From NCBI GenBank assembly GCA_042408215.1, contig JAYFMW010000028.1:344108-408107 (forward strand): 64,000 bases of DNA. The letters are read 5' to 3'. This DNA comes from Microcoleus sp. (GTDB lineage Bacteria; Cyanobacteriota; Cyanobacteriia; Cyanobacteriales; Microcoleaceae). Position numbers and translations under genes: made by a program. Under the pieces are notes generated by a model. The model did not search any database. It was given only the letters and a program-made list of their open reading frames with translations, and was not told the origin of the DNA. Below, piece by piece: positions 10,624-21,525 of this stretch. Every line of letters starts with the position of its first letter. The first letter of the stretch is position 1.

Positions 10624-12639
10624 ATGGCTGTTGCAACCCAATCACTCGAAGAACTCTGCATCAACTCTATCCGCTTTCTCGCCATCGATGCGGTAGAAAA
10701 AGCAAAATCAGGACACCCAGGACTGCCGATGGGCGCTGCCCCTATGGCCTTCGTGCTGTGGGATCGGTTTATGCGGTTCAACCCCAAAAACCCCAAGTGG
10801 TTCAATCGCGATCGCTTCGTCCTCTCCGCCGGCCACGGCTGTATGCTACAGTACGCCCTCATGTACTTGACCGGCTACGATAGCGTCACCCTCGACGACA
10901 TCAAGCAATTTCGCCAGTGGGACTCCAAAACCCCCGGACACCCCGAAAACTTCGTCACAGAAGGCGTAGAAGTTACCACAGGCCCCCTGGGACAAGGAAT
11001 TGCTAACGGCGTCGGTTTGGCAATGGCAGAAGCTCACCTCGCCGCTAAATTTAACAAGCCCGGTAACACCATTGTTGACCACTACACCTATGTAATTATG
11101 GGTGATGGTTGCCACATGGAAGGCGTTTCTGGCGAAGCTTGTTCCTTGGCTGGACACCTGGGACTCGGCAAATTAATTGCTCTCTATGATGACAACCACA
11201 TCTCGATTGAAGGCGACACTAACTTAGCCTTTACTGAAGATGTCGGCAAGCGTTTTGAAGCCTACAACTGGCACGTCATTACTGTAGACAATGACGCTCT
11301 AGACCAAGATACTAGCTTGGCCGCAGTTCACAAAGCTATCGAAGAAGCCAAGAAAGTCACGGACAAACCGTCCATGATTAAAGTCCGCACAATTATTGGT
11401 TTTGGTTCTCCCAACAAGCGCAATAGTTACAGCGCTCACGGTGCTGCTTTGGGTGCCGCTGAAGTGCAAGCAACTCGCGATTTCTTGAAGTGGGAATATG
11501 AGCCCTTTGTGATTCCTGATAATGCTTTGGATCACTTCCGCCAAGCAGTCGATCGCGGTGCTCAATCGGAGCAAGAATGGCAGACAGCTTTTGATGCTTA
11601 TAAAGCAGCATATCCCGCCGAAGCCGCAGAATATGAGCGCACTGTTGCTGGCCAACTTCCCGAAGGTTGGGACAAAGTTTTGCCTACCTACAGCCCAGAA
11701 GATAAGGCAGATTCGAGTCGGAATCATTCTGGAAAATGTTTGAATGCTTTGGCTGCTGTGTTACCTGAATTGATCGGCGGTTCCGCTGATTTGGCTTCTT
11801 CTAACATGACTTTGCTCAAGGGTGAAAAAGACTTCCAAAAAGGTCAATACGAAGGGCGTAACCTGCGGTTTGGTGTGCGGGAACATGGCATGGGTGCGAT
11901 CGCCAACGGGATGTTACTCCACGGCGGTTTGATTCCTTACTGCGCTACTTTCTTGGTATTTGCTGACTATATGCGGGGCGCAATTCGCCTGTCTGCACTC
12001 TCGGAAGCTGGAGTTATTTATGTAATGACTCACGACTCCGTAGCCTTGGGCGAAGATGGCCCCACTCACCAACCCGTAGAAACGATCGCCTCTCTGCGCG
12101 CAATTCCCGATTTGTTGGTAATGCGCCCTGCGGATGGTAACGAAACATCCGGCGCTTACAAAGTGGCCATTGAAAAGCGGAAAGTCCCAACTTTAATGGC
12201 TCTGTCTCGTCAAAACTTGCCTAACTTGGCCGGAAGTTCGATCGAAGGAACAGCCAAAGGCGCTTACATTTTGTCTGACGACGGTGGCACTCCCGACATC
12301 ATTTTAATCGGCACCGGTGGCGAAACTTACCTTTGCGTTGATGCGGCTGAAAAATTGCGCGCCGCCGGCAATAAAGTGCGGGTAGTTTCGATGCCTTGCT
12401 GGGAATTGTTTGATGCACAAGATGCAGCTTACCGTGAATCTGTACTGCCAAAAGCTGTTACTAAACGGTTGGCAGTTGAAGCGGCTTCTAGCTTCGGCTG
12501 GGGACGTTATTTGGGTTCTGAAGGTGATAGCATCAGTATCGACAGATTCGGCGTTTCTGCACCGGGCCCCGTTGCTTTAGAAAAGTTTGGCTACACCGTT
12601 GAGAATGTGGTAGCTAAGGCTCAGGCGCTGTTAGGTTAA
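10624..12639 (+). CDS. tkt: Transketolase
   Basis: [18 protein letters not shown]...EG TPP motif, [16 protein letters not shown]. Confidence 0.99.
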   Translation: MAVATQSLEELCINSIRFLAIDAVEKAKSGHPGLPMGAAPMAFVLWDRFMRFNPKNPKWFNRDRFVLSAGHGCMLQYALMYLTGYDSVTLDDIKQFRQWDSKTPGHPENFVTEGVEVTTGPLGQGIANGVGLAMAEAHLAAKFNKPGNTIVDHYTYVIMGDGCHMEGVSGEACSLAGHLGLGKLIALYDDNHISIEGDTNLAFTEDVGKRFEAYNWHVITVDNDALDQDTSLAAVHKAIEEAKKVTDKPSMIKVRTIIGFGSPNKRNSYSAHGAALGAAEVQATRDFLKWEYEPFVIPDNALDHFRQAVDRGAQSEQEWQTAFDAYKAAYPAEAAEYERTVAGQLPEGWDKVLPTYSPEDKADSSRNHSGKCLNALAAVLPELIGGSADLASSNMTLLKGEKDFQKGQYEGRNLRFGVREHGMGAIANGMLLHGGLIPYCATFLVFADYMRGAIRLSALSEAGVIYVMTHDSVALGEDGPTHQPVETIASLRAIPDLLVMRPADGNETSGAYKVAIEKRKVPTLMALSRQNLPNLAGSSIEGTAKGAYILSDDGGTPDIILIGTGGETYLCVDAAEKLRAAGNKVRVVSMPCWELFDAQDAAYRESVLPKAVTKRLAVEAASSFGWGRYLGSEGDSISIDRFGVSAPGPVALEKFGYTVENVVAKAQALLG

Positions 12640-12661
12640 TAGCCATAGCATAATTGAGTTT

Positions 12662-12692
12662 GGGGCGGGCTTCTGGCTCGCCCCTTTTTTTA
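12662..12692 (+). terminator. Intrinsic terminator after tkt
   Basis: GGGGCGGGC-TTCTG-GCTCGCCCC stem followed by a T run. Confidence 0.85.
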
Positions 12693-12777
12693 TGGCTAAA
12701 TCTTATTTGATATCTAATCCGGTGGCATCGGAATTAATACTACCCACAGTTAGGACACTTTTCGGGTGCCCTTCTTC

Positions 12778-12998
12778 GTGTCAACTTAAGCCTGAAACCC
12801 TTGGTATCTCTCGTTCATAGCCAAGTCTAGATCCCCCTAAATCCCCCTTAAGAAGGGGGACTTAAAGAGGCTTCCTGTCCCCCCCTTCTTAAGGGAGTAG
12901 GGTGTGAGTAGGGGTTGAGTAGGGGGCAAGAATGCGGGGGGATCTGGCCTTAATAGTCAAACAGCCGTCTGTGACAGGGTTTGACGTTAAGTTGACAT
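12778..12998. mobile_element. MITE, GTGTCAACTTAA-end family, with ATCCCCCTAAATCCCCCTTAAG palindromic core
   Basis: TGTCAACTTAAGCCTGAAACCC...GGGTTTGACGTTAAGTTGACA; closely related copy at 62091-62291. Confidence 0.8.
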
Positions 12999-13151
12999 TA
13001 ATGGACACTGCCGTTTCCCTACAATTAATCGGGGTAGGGAAACGGCACTGCCGTGTCCGACTCATGATTATTTTGGGGTAGTCCAAGGGCACGGTGCGGT
13101 GTCCTCCTTAAAAATTTTAGATAACTTATAAGTTATGGTGTCATATCTAGT

Positions 13152-15509
13152 TTGATTCTTTTAACTATCTGTAAATCGCACCTTATGCTCTGGATTTTTT
13201 TAAATAACCTATTATTTACCGCGAACTATATTCCTCACGGCCACTGTTACCTTTGGCAGCGAGAATTAGTCTGGCTCCACGTAGCCTCAGACTCCCTGAT
13301 AGCCCTCGCCTATTACTCAATACCTCTATCGCTGCTTTATGTTGTCTTTCAACGAAAAGACTTGCCCTTTCGCAACATTTTTTGGCTGTTCGGAGCCTTC
13401 ATTCTCTCCTGCGGCACTACTCATGTGATGGAAGTTTGGACGCTTTGGCATCCTGTTTATTGGCTTTCTGGCAGCTTAAAACTTATTACCGCTTTAATTT
13501 CTGCTTACACCGCTTTCGCATTAATTCCTTTAATTCCTCAAGCATTAGCTCTCCCCAGTCCCACTCAATTAGAGATGATTAATCAAAGACTGCAAAAAGA
13601 AATCAGCGAACGCCAAAAAAATGCGACAACTTTGTTAGAATTGACGCAACTGCAAAATGCGATTATTAACAGTACCAACTACACAATTATTTCCGTCGAT
13701 ACCGATGGTACAATTAAAACATTTAATCTGGCAGCCCAGCAACTTTTAGGCTATTATGCAGAGGAAGTTGTGGGTAAATTAACACCAGCAATAGTTCATG
13801 ATCCTCTGGAGTTGGAGCAGAGAGCTGAAGTTCTTTCTCAAGAATTGGGAGTGAAAATAGAGCCTGGATTTGAGGTTTTTGTTGCCTGGGCGCGCCGGGG
13901 AATAGCTGATGAGAATGAATGGACTTATATTCGCAAAGACGGTTCGCGTTTCCCGGTGCTGGTATCGGTGACGGCCTTATATGACAGCGAGGGAAATATT
14001 AACGGTTTTGTGGGTATTGGTCAGGATATTAGCGGACGCAAACAAGCTGAAAAAGAGCTGCGCGAACTCAATATTGCTATGCAAAATGCGGTGGAAGGTA
14101 TTGCGCGGCTAGATAGTTCAGGACGCTACGTGAATGTTAACCGAGCTTACGCTAATAAATTTGGTTACAAACCAGAAGAAATGATTGGCATGGAATGGCC
14201 GATCACTGTACATCCTGACGATGTTGAGATGTTGATATTAGCTGTTCAGGAAATGCTAACTTCGGGGAAAGTAGAAGTTGAAGCTAGAGGTTTGAGGAAA
14301 GATGGCTTGTTTTTTTACAACAAAATCACAATGGTAAAAGCTTGCGACGAACAAGGTATCTGTAACGGACACCACTGTTTTATGAAAGATATCACCGATC
14401 GCAAACTCACGGAAAGAGCTTTGGAGGAAAGTGAATCTAAGTACAGACAAATAGTTGAATTAGCAGAAGAAGGTATTTGGCTAATTGACAGCAAGGCTCG
14501 CACGACTTACGTCAACCAAGCAATGGCGCGAATGCTCGGCTATTCTGAATTAGAAATGTTCGGGAGAGCGCTTTTTGATTTCATGGATGAAGAGGGAAAA
14601 CAGTCAGCCAACGATCGGAGCGATCGGCGCAAGCAAGGAATGGCTGAAAGACACGAGTTGAGACTAAAAAGTAAGGATGGTAAAGATGTTTGGACTTATA
14701 TGTCTACCAGTCCAGTCCTGGATAAAAAAGGTAATCTGCTGTCCAGTTGTGCCTTGGTTTACAATATTACAGACCGCAAAGAAATAGAGCGGCAAATGCT
14801 GCAACTTACAGAAGATTTGAAGCGTTCTAACGAGGAATTAGAACAATTTGCTTATGTGGCTTCCCACGATTTACAAGAACCCCTCAGAGCTGTTACCAGT
14901 TACACTCAATTGTTAGCCCAGCGCTATCAAGGCAATTTGGATGCTAAAGCAGATAAATATATTAATTATATTGTTGATGGCGCTTCCAGAATGCAACAAT
15001 TAATTAACGATTTGTTAGCTTATTCGCGATTGGGAACGAGGGCTCAGGAATTTGAGGCTGCGGATTGCAACGCTGCTGTGCAGCAAAGTTTGTCCAATTT
15101 GCAAATTGCGATCGCCGAAAAGAAAGCTATCATCACTTACGAATCCCTACCAACCGTGATGGCAGATGAATTTCAACTTGTACAATTATTCCAAAACTTG
15201 ATTGGCAATGCCATCAAATTCTGCCAAGATGTCCCCAGAATTCAGATTGCTGCTATCATGCAAGATCGTGAATGGCTGTTCAGTGTCCGCGATCGTGGCA
15301 TTGGCATCGATCCTGAGTATGCCGATCGCATTTTTCTGATTTTTGGGCGCCTGCACTCCCGTCGCGAATATTCCGGCACTGGCATAGGTTTGGCAATATG
15401 CCAGCGCATTGTGGAACGCCACGGCGGACGGATCTGGGTTGAGTCTCAGTCGGGAGAAGGAGCGACTTTTTACTTTACTATTCCTATAATTAGAATCTCA
15501 GCGATCTAG
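13152..15509 (+). CDS. Membrane histidine kinase: ETR1-like ethylene-binding domain, three PAS domains, HisKA/HATPase (start probably 13185)
   Basis: SDSLIALAYYSIP and FGAFILSCGTTH match the ETR1 transmembrane pattern; three PAS/PAC repeats; ASHDLQEPLR H-box of Cph1 type. Confidence 0.9.
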   Translation: MILLTICKSHLMLWIFLNNLLFTANYIPHGHCYLWQRELVWLHVASDSLIALAYYSIPLSLLYVVFQRKDLPFRNIFWLFGAFILSCGTTHVMEVWTLWHPVYWLSGSLKLITALISAYTAFALIPLIPQALALPSPTQLEMINQRLQKEISERQKNATTLLELTQLQNAIINSTNYTIISVDTDGTIKTFNLAAQQLLGYYAEEVVGKLTPAIVHDPLELEQRAEVLSQELGVKIEPGFEVFVAWARRGIADENEWTYIRKDGSRFPVLVSVTALYDSEGNINGFVGIGQDISGRKQAEKELRELNIAMQNAVEGIARLDSSGRYVNVNRAYANKFGYKPEEMIGMEWPITVHPDDVEMLILAVQEMLTSGKVEVEARGLRKDGLFFYNKITMVKACDEQGICNGHHCFMKDITDRKLTERALEESESKYRQIVELAEEGIWLIDSKARTTYVNQAMARMLGYSELEMFGRALFDFMDEEGKQSANDRSDRRKQGMAERHELRLKSKDGKDVWTYMSTSPVLDKKGNLLSSCALVYNITDRKEIERQMLQLTEDLKRSNEELEQFAYVASHDLQEPLRAVTSYTQLLAQRYQGNLDAKADKYINYIVDGASRMQQLINDLLAYSRLGTRAQEFEAADCNAAVQQSLSNLQIAIAEKKAIITYESLPTVMADEFQLVQLFQNLIGNAIKFCQDVPRIQIAAIMQDREWLFSVRDRGIGIDPEYADRIFLIFGRLHSRREYSGTGIGLAICQRIVERHGGRIWVESQSGEGATFYFTIPIIRISAI

Positions 15510-15542
15510 CTGCAAATTTTTCTATATAATAATCAAAAGGAT

Positions 15543-15998
15543 GTGGCGGTTATGAAAAATACAAACACAGTTAAGCCCATAGAAATTCTGTTGATCGAGG
15601 ATTCTCCCAGCGACGCTGACTTGGCAAGAGAGGCTCTCAGTCAGGGTACAATTTTAAATAACTTACATTTCGTGGAGGATGGAGTCGAAGCAATCAAGTT
15701 TTTACGCAAACAAGAACCCTATGTCAGTGTACCCCGTCCCAACTTAATTTTACTTGACCTGCATTTGCCAAAAAAAAGTGGTATAGAAGTGTTAGCAGAA
15801 ATTAAGACTGACCCAAATTTAAAACTAATTCCCGTAGTAATTCTCAGCACTTCAGCAGCCCCAGAGGATATTCTCAAGTCCTACTCGCTGCACGCCAATT
15901 GTTATATTACAAAACCAGTAGATTTCTTACAATTTACTAAGGTAGTTAGGTTAATTGAGGAGTTCTGGCTAGCAGTAGTCAAACTTCCGGTCATTTAA
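15543..15998 (+). CDS. Single-domain response regulator, Rcp1-like
   Basis: LLIEDS, ILLDLHLP, ANCYITKPVDF, IEEFWL C-terminus. Confidence 0.92.
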   Translation: MAVMKNTNTVKPIEILLIEDSPSDADLAREALSQGTILNNLHFVEDGVEAIKFLRKQEPYVSVPRPNLILLDLHLPKKSGIEVLAEIKTDPNLKLIPVVILSTSAAPEDILKSYSLHANCYITKPVDFLQFTKVVRLIEEFWLAVVKLPVI

Positions 15999-16087
15999 TT
16001 TATAGAAGAGTTTGGGTGGTGGTGATACTTGCCAAACTATAATTTTCAAGTTAAAAAGGAAAGGGAAAGCAAAAGAGTTTAATATAT

Positions 16088-17629
16088 TTGCAGAGTGCAA
16101 ATCAGAGGATAAAGAACGTCAAAGCTATGTGGATTAAGATTCTGTTGGTAGAAGACAATCCGGCTGATGCTGATTTGCTGGCAGAGCTGCTCGAAGTATC
16201 TGTGGGCGTAGAATGGGAACTGGTGTCTGTTGAGTTCCTGCACGAAGCGATCGCACATCTGAGCAAACAGCCCTTTGATGTAGTTTTGCTTGACCTTTCT
16301 TTACCGGATAGCCGTGGTTTGGAAACGCTAACTCGCCTCCGAGAAGTGGCCCCGGATACAGCAATGGTGGTAATGACCGGCTTGAATGACGAGGCGATCG
16401 GACTGAAGTCAGTTCGCTTGGGAGCTCAAGACTATATTGTCAAAGGTCAAATTACCACCCAATTATTAGTGCGGACAATCCGTTACGCGATCGAACGTTC
16501 TCAAACTTTTCAAATGCTCAGGGAAAGCGAGCGGCGTTTTCGGGCGATTTTTGACTCCTCGTTTCAGCTCACAAAGCTGCTGACTCCCGCAGGAATTGTG
16601 CTGGAAGTTAATGAGACAGCTCTTGAGTTTGCAGGAATGCGATCGGGAAATATTATCGGCCTCCCGATTTGGGAACTTCCGATTTGGAAACAGTCACCAA
16701 ATGCTAAACAACAATTAAAAGAAGCGATCGCCAAAGCTGCTATGGGCGAGTTTTTTCGCAGCGAAATAGACTTGTCAGGAAAAGGCGACCAAGTTATGAC
16801 AGTTGATTTCTCGCTCAAGCCGGTCAAAAATGAGACAGGACAAGTTTTGCTGCTGATTGCTGAAGCACGGGATATTAGCGATCGCAAGCGAGCCGAAGCC
16901 GAAATTATCAAAGCACTCGCACGAGAAAAAGAACTTTCCGAACTCCGAGCCAAATTTGTCACAATGGTTTCCCACGAATTTCGCACCCCGCTGACAACTA
17001 TCCAATTTTCCGCTGGATTGCTGCAAGATTACAGCTCTCATTGGTCGAGCGACAAAACAAACACTCATTTTGTGCGGATTCAACTAGCAATTAAACGCAT
17101 GACAGAGTTATTAGAGGATATCCTAGTAATTGGCAAAATCGAAGCAAATACACTACAGTTTCAACCAGTTTCTTTAAACCTCGAAAAATTCTGCCGTCAA
17201 CTCCTAGAAGAACAGCAACTCAATGACAGCAACCAACACCCGATCGCCTTGATTGTGTCAGGCGACAACACCGACGCTCAAATGGATGAAAAACTCCTGC
17301 GGCAAATATTGGGAAACTTACTCTCAAATGCCCTCAAGTATTCTCCGGTCGGAACTTCAGTTGATTTCCACCTAAAAAATCAAAATGGAGAGGTTATTTT
17401 TCAAATTAAAGACCGAGGAATCGGGATTCCCCAAGCCGACAAAGAGCGGATATTGGAGACATTTTACCGCGCTACAAATGTCGGCAATATTTCAGGAACA
17501 GGTCTCGGTTTAGCAATTGTAAAAAGGGCTGTGGAACTTCACGGAGGCACCCTCGCCATCAACAGTCAAGAAGGGATAGGTACAACTTTCACCATTACCT
17601 TGCCTTTGATTTATCATCCCGACCCATAA
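16088..17629 (+). CDS. Hybrid REC-PAS-histidine kinase (start probably 16127)
   Basis: LLVEDN and LLDLSLPD receiver, PAS, VSHEFRTPL, GTGLGL. Confidence 0.92.
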   Translation: MQSANQRIKNVKAMWIKILLVEDNPADADLLAELLEVSVGVEWELVSVEFLHEAIAHLSKQPFDVVLLDLSLPDSRGLETLTRLREVAPDTAMVVMTGLNDEAIGLKSVRLGAQDYIVKGQITTQLLVRTIRYAIERSQTFQMLRESERRFRAIFDSSFQLTKLLTPAGIVLEVNETALEFAGMRSGNIIGLPIWELPIWKQSPNAKQQLKEAIAKAAMGEFFRSEIDLSGKGDQVMTVDFSLKPVKNETGQVLLLIAEARDISDRKRAEAEIIKALAREKELSELRAKFVTMVSHEFRTPLTTIQFSAGLLQDYSSHWSSDKTNTHFVRIQLAIKRMTELLEDILVIGKIEANTLQFQPVSLNLEKFCRQLLEEQQLNDSNQHPIALIVSGDNTDAQMDEKLLRQILGNLLSNALKYSPVGTSVDFHLKNQNGEVIFQIKDRGIGIPQADKERILETFYRATNVGNISGTGLGLAIVKRAVELHGGTLAINSQEGIGTTFTITLPLIYHPDP

Positions 17630-17651
17630 AACCTGAACGATAAATGATTAA

Positions 17652-17731
17652 TATCAAGTCCGGTTAATTGCCGATCGATCCTGTATGGGCCCCCGGAAAA
17701 AAGTATTATAACTCTTCAACCGAACATGATA
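17652..17731. mobile_element. Small MITE, TATCAA(A/G)TCCG-end family
   Basis: TATCAAGTCCGGTT...AACCGAACATGATA with TAA duplicated on both sides. Confidence 0.75.
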
Positions 17732-17835
17732 TAACCTCTGCGATTTACCGAATAATTAATAGCAATCAAAGGAGATTTTTCGGCTGGATGAGTTTCCCAA
17801 AAAACTACTAACTCAAAAACCAAGGAGAGACAATC

Positions 17836-18924
17836 ATGGCAAAAATTTTAGTAATTGAAGACGAAGCATCGATTAGAGAAAACATTTTAGAGTTGCTAGA
17901 AGCCGAGAATTTTGAAGCCCTGGGAGCTGCTAACGGTAAAGTCGGCATCAAAATGGCGATCGAACAAATTCCAGATTTAATTCTCTGCGACATGATGATG
18001 CCAGAAATTGACGGTCAGGGTGTCCTCAAAGCTTTGCGAGCCGAACCTGTAACTGCAACAATTCCGTTTATTTTCCTCACAGCCAAAGCCGAAAAAACCG
18101 ACATTCGCCTCGGTATGGAACAAGGAGCAGACGATTACATTACCAAACCTTGTACGCCCCAAGAACTCCTCAAAGCAATTGCTATTCGACTAGAAAAACA
18201 CCAAGCAATTAGCAGACAATCTCAAAAAACACTAGACGAATTGCGCTCCAATATTAGTATGTCACTTCCCCACGAATTGCGGACTCCATTGAATGCAATT
18301 CTCGGTTTTTCCGAGCTAATATTATCAGAATACCGTCTCTTAGAGGAATCAGAAATCTTAGAAATGATCGGTCACATCCAAGTTTCAGGTCATCGTTTAT
18401 ATAGGCTGATTCAGAATTTTTTACTCTATGCCGATCTGCAAATAGCAGCAACCAATCCAGAACTGATCGAGGAGATGCGAAACAGCGAATTTAGCTGCGT
18501 CAAATCTTTGCTATCTGAAAAAGCCAGACAGCAAGCAAAGCAGGCTAATAGAACAGAAGATTTAACATTAAACTTGCAAGATTCATCAGTAGCAATTGAT
18601 GCTATGAGACTCACAAAAATTCTTGAAGAACTGCTCGACAATGCCTTCAAGTTTTCATCAGAAGGAACGCCCATTTCTGTGAGCACTTTGGTTGAAGATA
18701 GGACTTTTATTCTGTCTGTAAAAGACCAAGGGCGCGGCATGACTGCCGATCAAATAGCACAACTGGAAGCTTATATGCAGTTCGATCGCAAACACTACCA
18801 ACAAGCAGGTTTGGGATTAGGGCTAGCAATAGTTCAACGCCTTGCAGAATTGCACGGAGGAGAATTAAAGATCGAAAGTTCGCCCCAAAAAGAAACAATA
18901 GTATCCGTTTTTCTACCAGTCTAA
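17836..18924 (+). CDS. Hybrid REC-histidine kinase
   Basis: LVIEDE and LILCDMMMP receiver; LPHELRTPL; DNAFKF; GLGLGL. Confidence 0.92.
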   Translation: MAKILVIEDEASIRENILELLEAENFEALGAANGKVGIKMAIEQIPDLILCDMMMPEIDGQGVLKALRAEPVTATIPFIFLTAKAEKTDIRLGMEQGADDYITKPCTPQELLKAIAIRLEKHQAISRQSQKTLDELRSNISMSLPHELRTPLNAILGFSELILSEYRLLEESEILEMIGHIQVSGHRLYRLIQNFLLYADLQIAATNPELIEEMRNSEFSCVKSLLSEKARQQAKQANRTEDLTLNLQDSSVAIDAMRLTKILEELLDNAFKFSSEGTPISVSTLVEDRTFILSVKDQGRGMTADQIAQLEAYMQFDRKHYQQAGLGLGLAIVQRLAELHGGELKIESSPQKETIVSVFLPV

Positions 18925-19172
18925 GTATAATCTTTCATGGAATTCATAATTATATAATTTGCTTGCCCCCTAGGGGCGGGTTTTCAAACTTTCCCATCAG
19001 ATTCAGAACCCCATAAATCCCCCTTAACAAGGGAGTAGGGTGTGAGTAGGGGTTGACTTTGATGCTCATTCTCCCCCCTTCGGAAGGGGGGCGAGGAGGG
19101 GGATATCCGGGGTTTAAAAACAGGCCTCCGGGGCGGGTTTTACCAACTATCTATGTCTCAAACTAACGATAG

Positions 19173-19429
<257 letters not shown>

Positions 19430-19810
19430 TAACACGGCGATTCGAGCCGATGCAATGGGTATTGGCTTTGCGATTCCGATCGATAAAGCTAAAGCTATTT
19501 ACGCACAGTTAGCCAAGGGAGAACAAGTTAGTCACCCGTTTTTAGGGATTCAAATGATTGATTTGACTCCTGAAATTGCTAGAGAGAATAACGCCGATCC
19601 AAATGCTCCTTTGATGGTACCGGAAGTTAAGGGGGTTTTAGTGATGCGAGTTGTGCCAAATACGCCTGCTGAGCAAGCGGGGATTCGCAAGGGAGATGCG
19701 ATCGTTCAAATTGACGGCGAGGCTATCACCGCATCCGAAAAGTTGCAAAATCTGGTGGAAAATAGCCAAATCGGTCAAAGTTTGAAACTGAAATTGTGGC
19801 GGGGTTTTCA

Positions 19811-19908
19811 TATTGTTTACGGTTGCATCGGAATGATTTAACCGCAGAGACCACAGAGGACACAGAGGAAGAGAGAGATGAATAATTCCGATACCAACGG
19901 ATTTGATA
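19811..19908. mobile_element. MITE inserted in the hhoA copy
   Basis: Imperfect TIR (right end CCAACGGATTTGATA); TCA duplicated relative to the empty site GGTTTTCAGAC. Confidence 0.85.
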
Positions 19909-20220
19909 TCAGAGGAAAGATGTTGCTGTTCAAACGGCTCAATTGAGGGATTTTTAGAGGTGAAGGGGAAGGGGGTATTTTTCCCAGTCTAGGAGTGAAG
20001 AGTAGATTTTGAGGCCGCTAGGGGCAATCCAGAAGTGGTTGCCCCATTTGTGCCTTCTTTGGATTTGGGGCAGTGGTGTTTTTTGACCCGTTGCAGGTAG
20101 ATGTGGTTGGCGGGGCGATCGGGGCGATCGAATTTGGTGCGATCGATGTCGAGGAGTTGGATGGTTTGGTGGAATCTTTGGGGCAGTGGTAAGATGGAAA
20201 AATGAATTCAAGGTTGTTTT

Positions 20221-20652
20221 ATGTCAAATCCTGACTTGGATAAACTGTGGCAGTTATCCCGTGATGAGAAGTTTCAAATGAAAGTTGTCATGACCTATGA
20301 TGAGATAGCTGGCTTATGCGAGGAGCTTGGATACAGGGACAAGTTGCGTTTGGCGCAAATGCTGATACAGCTAGCCAGAAAAGAAGAGGAAACTCAAAAC
20401 CCTCAACGCCGAATTGAAGAGAACCGGAAAGACTTATCGAAACCTCAAAATAGCTCGGAAGTAGTTCAATATGTTTTTGAAAGGCTCATAAAGTTAAAGC
20501 CAGCCAAAATAAGCTCACTTCAGAATTCAATCGGCGCCATGTTTCAATTTCAAGGCGGAATTTCTGAGTCTGAACAAGAAAGAATAATATCTGAACTTCA
20601 AAAGTTAAAATACATACAAATTGATGCCAACAATCGAGTCACATATTTATAG
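20221..20652 (+). CDS. Hypothetical protein
   Basis: 143-aa ORF with ATG start; C-terminus (KPAKISSLQNSI...IQIDANNRVTY) resembles a helical module I recall from some PIN-domain proteins, unverified. Confidence 0.7.
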   Translation: MSNPDLDKLWQLSRDEKFQMKVVMTYDEIAGLCEELGYRDKLRLAQMLIQLARKEEETQNPQRRIEENRKDLSKPQNSSEVVQYVFERLIKLKPAKISSLQNSIGAMFQFQGGISESEQERIISELQKLKYIQIDANNRVTYL

Positions 20653-20842
20653 TTTAAACCGCAAATATGAGGAAAAATAAACTCATGGTCGCCACAAGGT
20701 TCACAGAATAAAGACTCAAAATTCCCGTTTTCTATCCCGCTTACACTGATGCCAAAGGCCTCCATGTAGGATTTTTTTTAACTCTCCAGAAATCCTGCAT
20801 CACTCGATGCTATGTTTGTCACTCCCCAGCTTTTGCATTGCC

Positions 20843-21205
20843 CTAATCTTCAAGTTCTAAATATCGAGCCAAAATCTGTTGAATTTCTTGGAGTTGGTGC
20901 AACTCTAATTGCCCAAGACAGCGCACGAGTCTGCGTTTATCAAACGTCATCGGATCGACGCACACGATAAAACTCTCGGTACTCAGACCATTGAGAGTCG
21001 AAGGAATTACTGGCAAAACAATGGGCCGTAAATGCTCGTTTGGAACCGCAGAAGTGATGGGCAGAACTGTGACTTTACTGCGTTGATTAAAAGCAGTTCC
21101 TGAAATAATTACCGCTGGTCGAGTCTTGCGGATTTCTGTACCGACTGAGGGATCGAAATTCACGAGCCAGATGCTTCCCAGTCGGTAATCGCTGCTTGCT
21201 GCCAT
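20843..21205 (-). CDS. PemK/MazF family mRNA interferase toxin
   Basis: GSIWLVNFDPSVGTEIRKTRPAVIIS, VLPITS, DKRRL...LGQL. Confidence 0.93.
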   Translation of the reverse strand: MAASSDYRLGSIWLVNFDPSVGTEIRKTRPAVIISGTAFNQRSKVTVLPITSAVPNEHLRPIVLPVIPSTLNGLSTESFIVCVDPMTFDKRRLVRCLGQLELHQLQEIQQILARYLELED

Positions 21206-21390
21206 GCTTCATCCTCATCGGTTAATTGATCGCTCAGTTCATCCAGCAATAAACAAGCTTCCACCATTGCCTGCTGTTCTTGTTGTTTGCGCCACGCTTG
21301 CAATAAAACCTCAACTAGGCGACTGCGATTTTGTACACGCTGGTCAATGTAACGCACTAACTCATCTGGCAAAGAGATAGATACTTTCAT
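21160..21390 (-). CDS. Ribbon-helix-helix antitoxin
   Basis: MKVSISLPDELVRYID...NRSRLV N-terminus, acidic tail, overlaps the toxin start. Confidence 0.88.
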   Translation of the reverse strand: MKVSISLPDELVRYIDQRVQNRSRLVEVLLQAWRKQQEQQAMVEACLLLDELSDQLTDEDEAWQQAAITDWEASGS

Positions 21391-21451
21391 AGACAGTATT
21401 TATGCTACTTTTAATACTACCAATGGTAGCACATCGATCGCGCAGATAGCA

Positions 21452-21525
21452 AGTAGGGTGCGTCGCCATCTATAATCTGCAAGTTATGTTCAAAATCTCG
21501 CAGCGACGCACCCTACGGATTAACA
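21452..21525. repeat. REP-like palindrome at the GST 3' end
   Basis: GTAGGGTGCGTCGC...GCGACGCACCCTAC; same family at 8401, 37420 and 58050. Confidence 0.85.
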
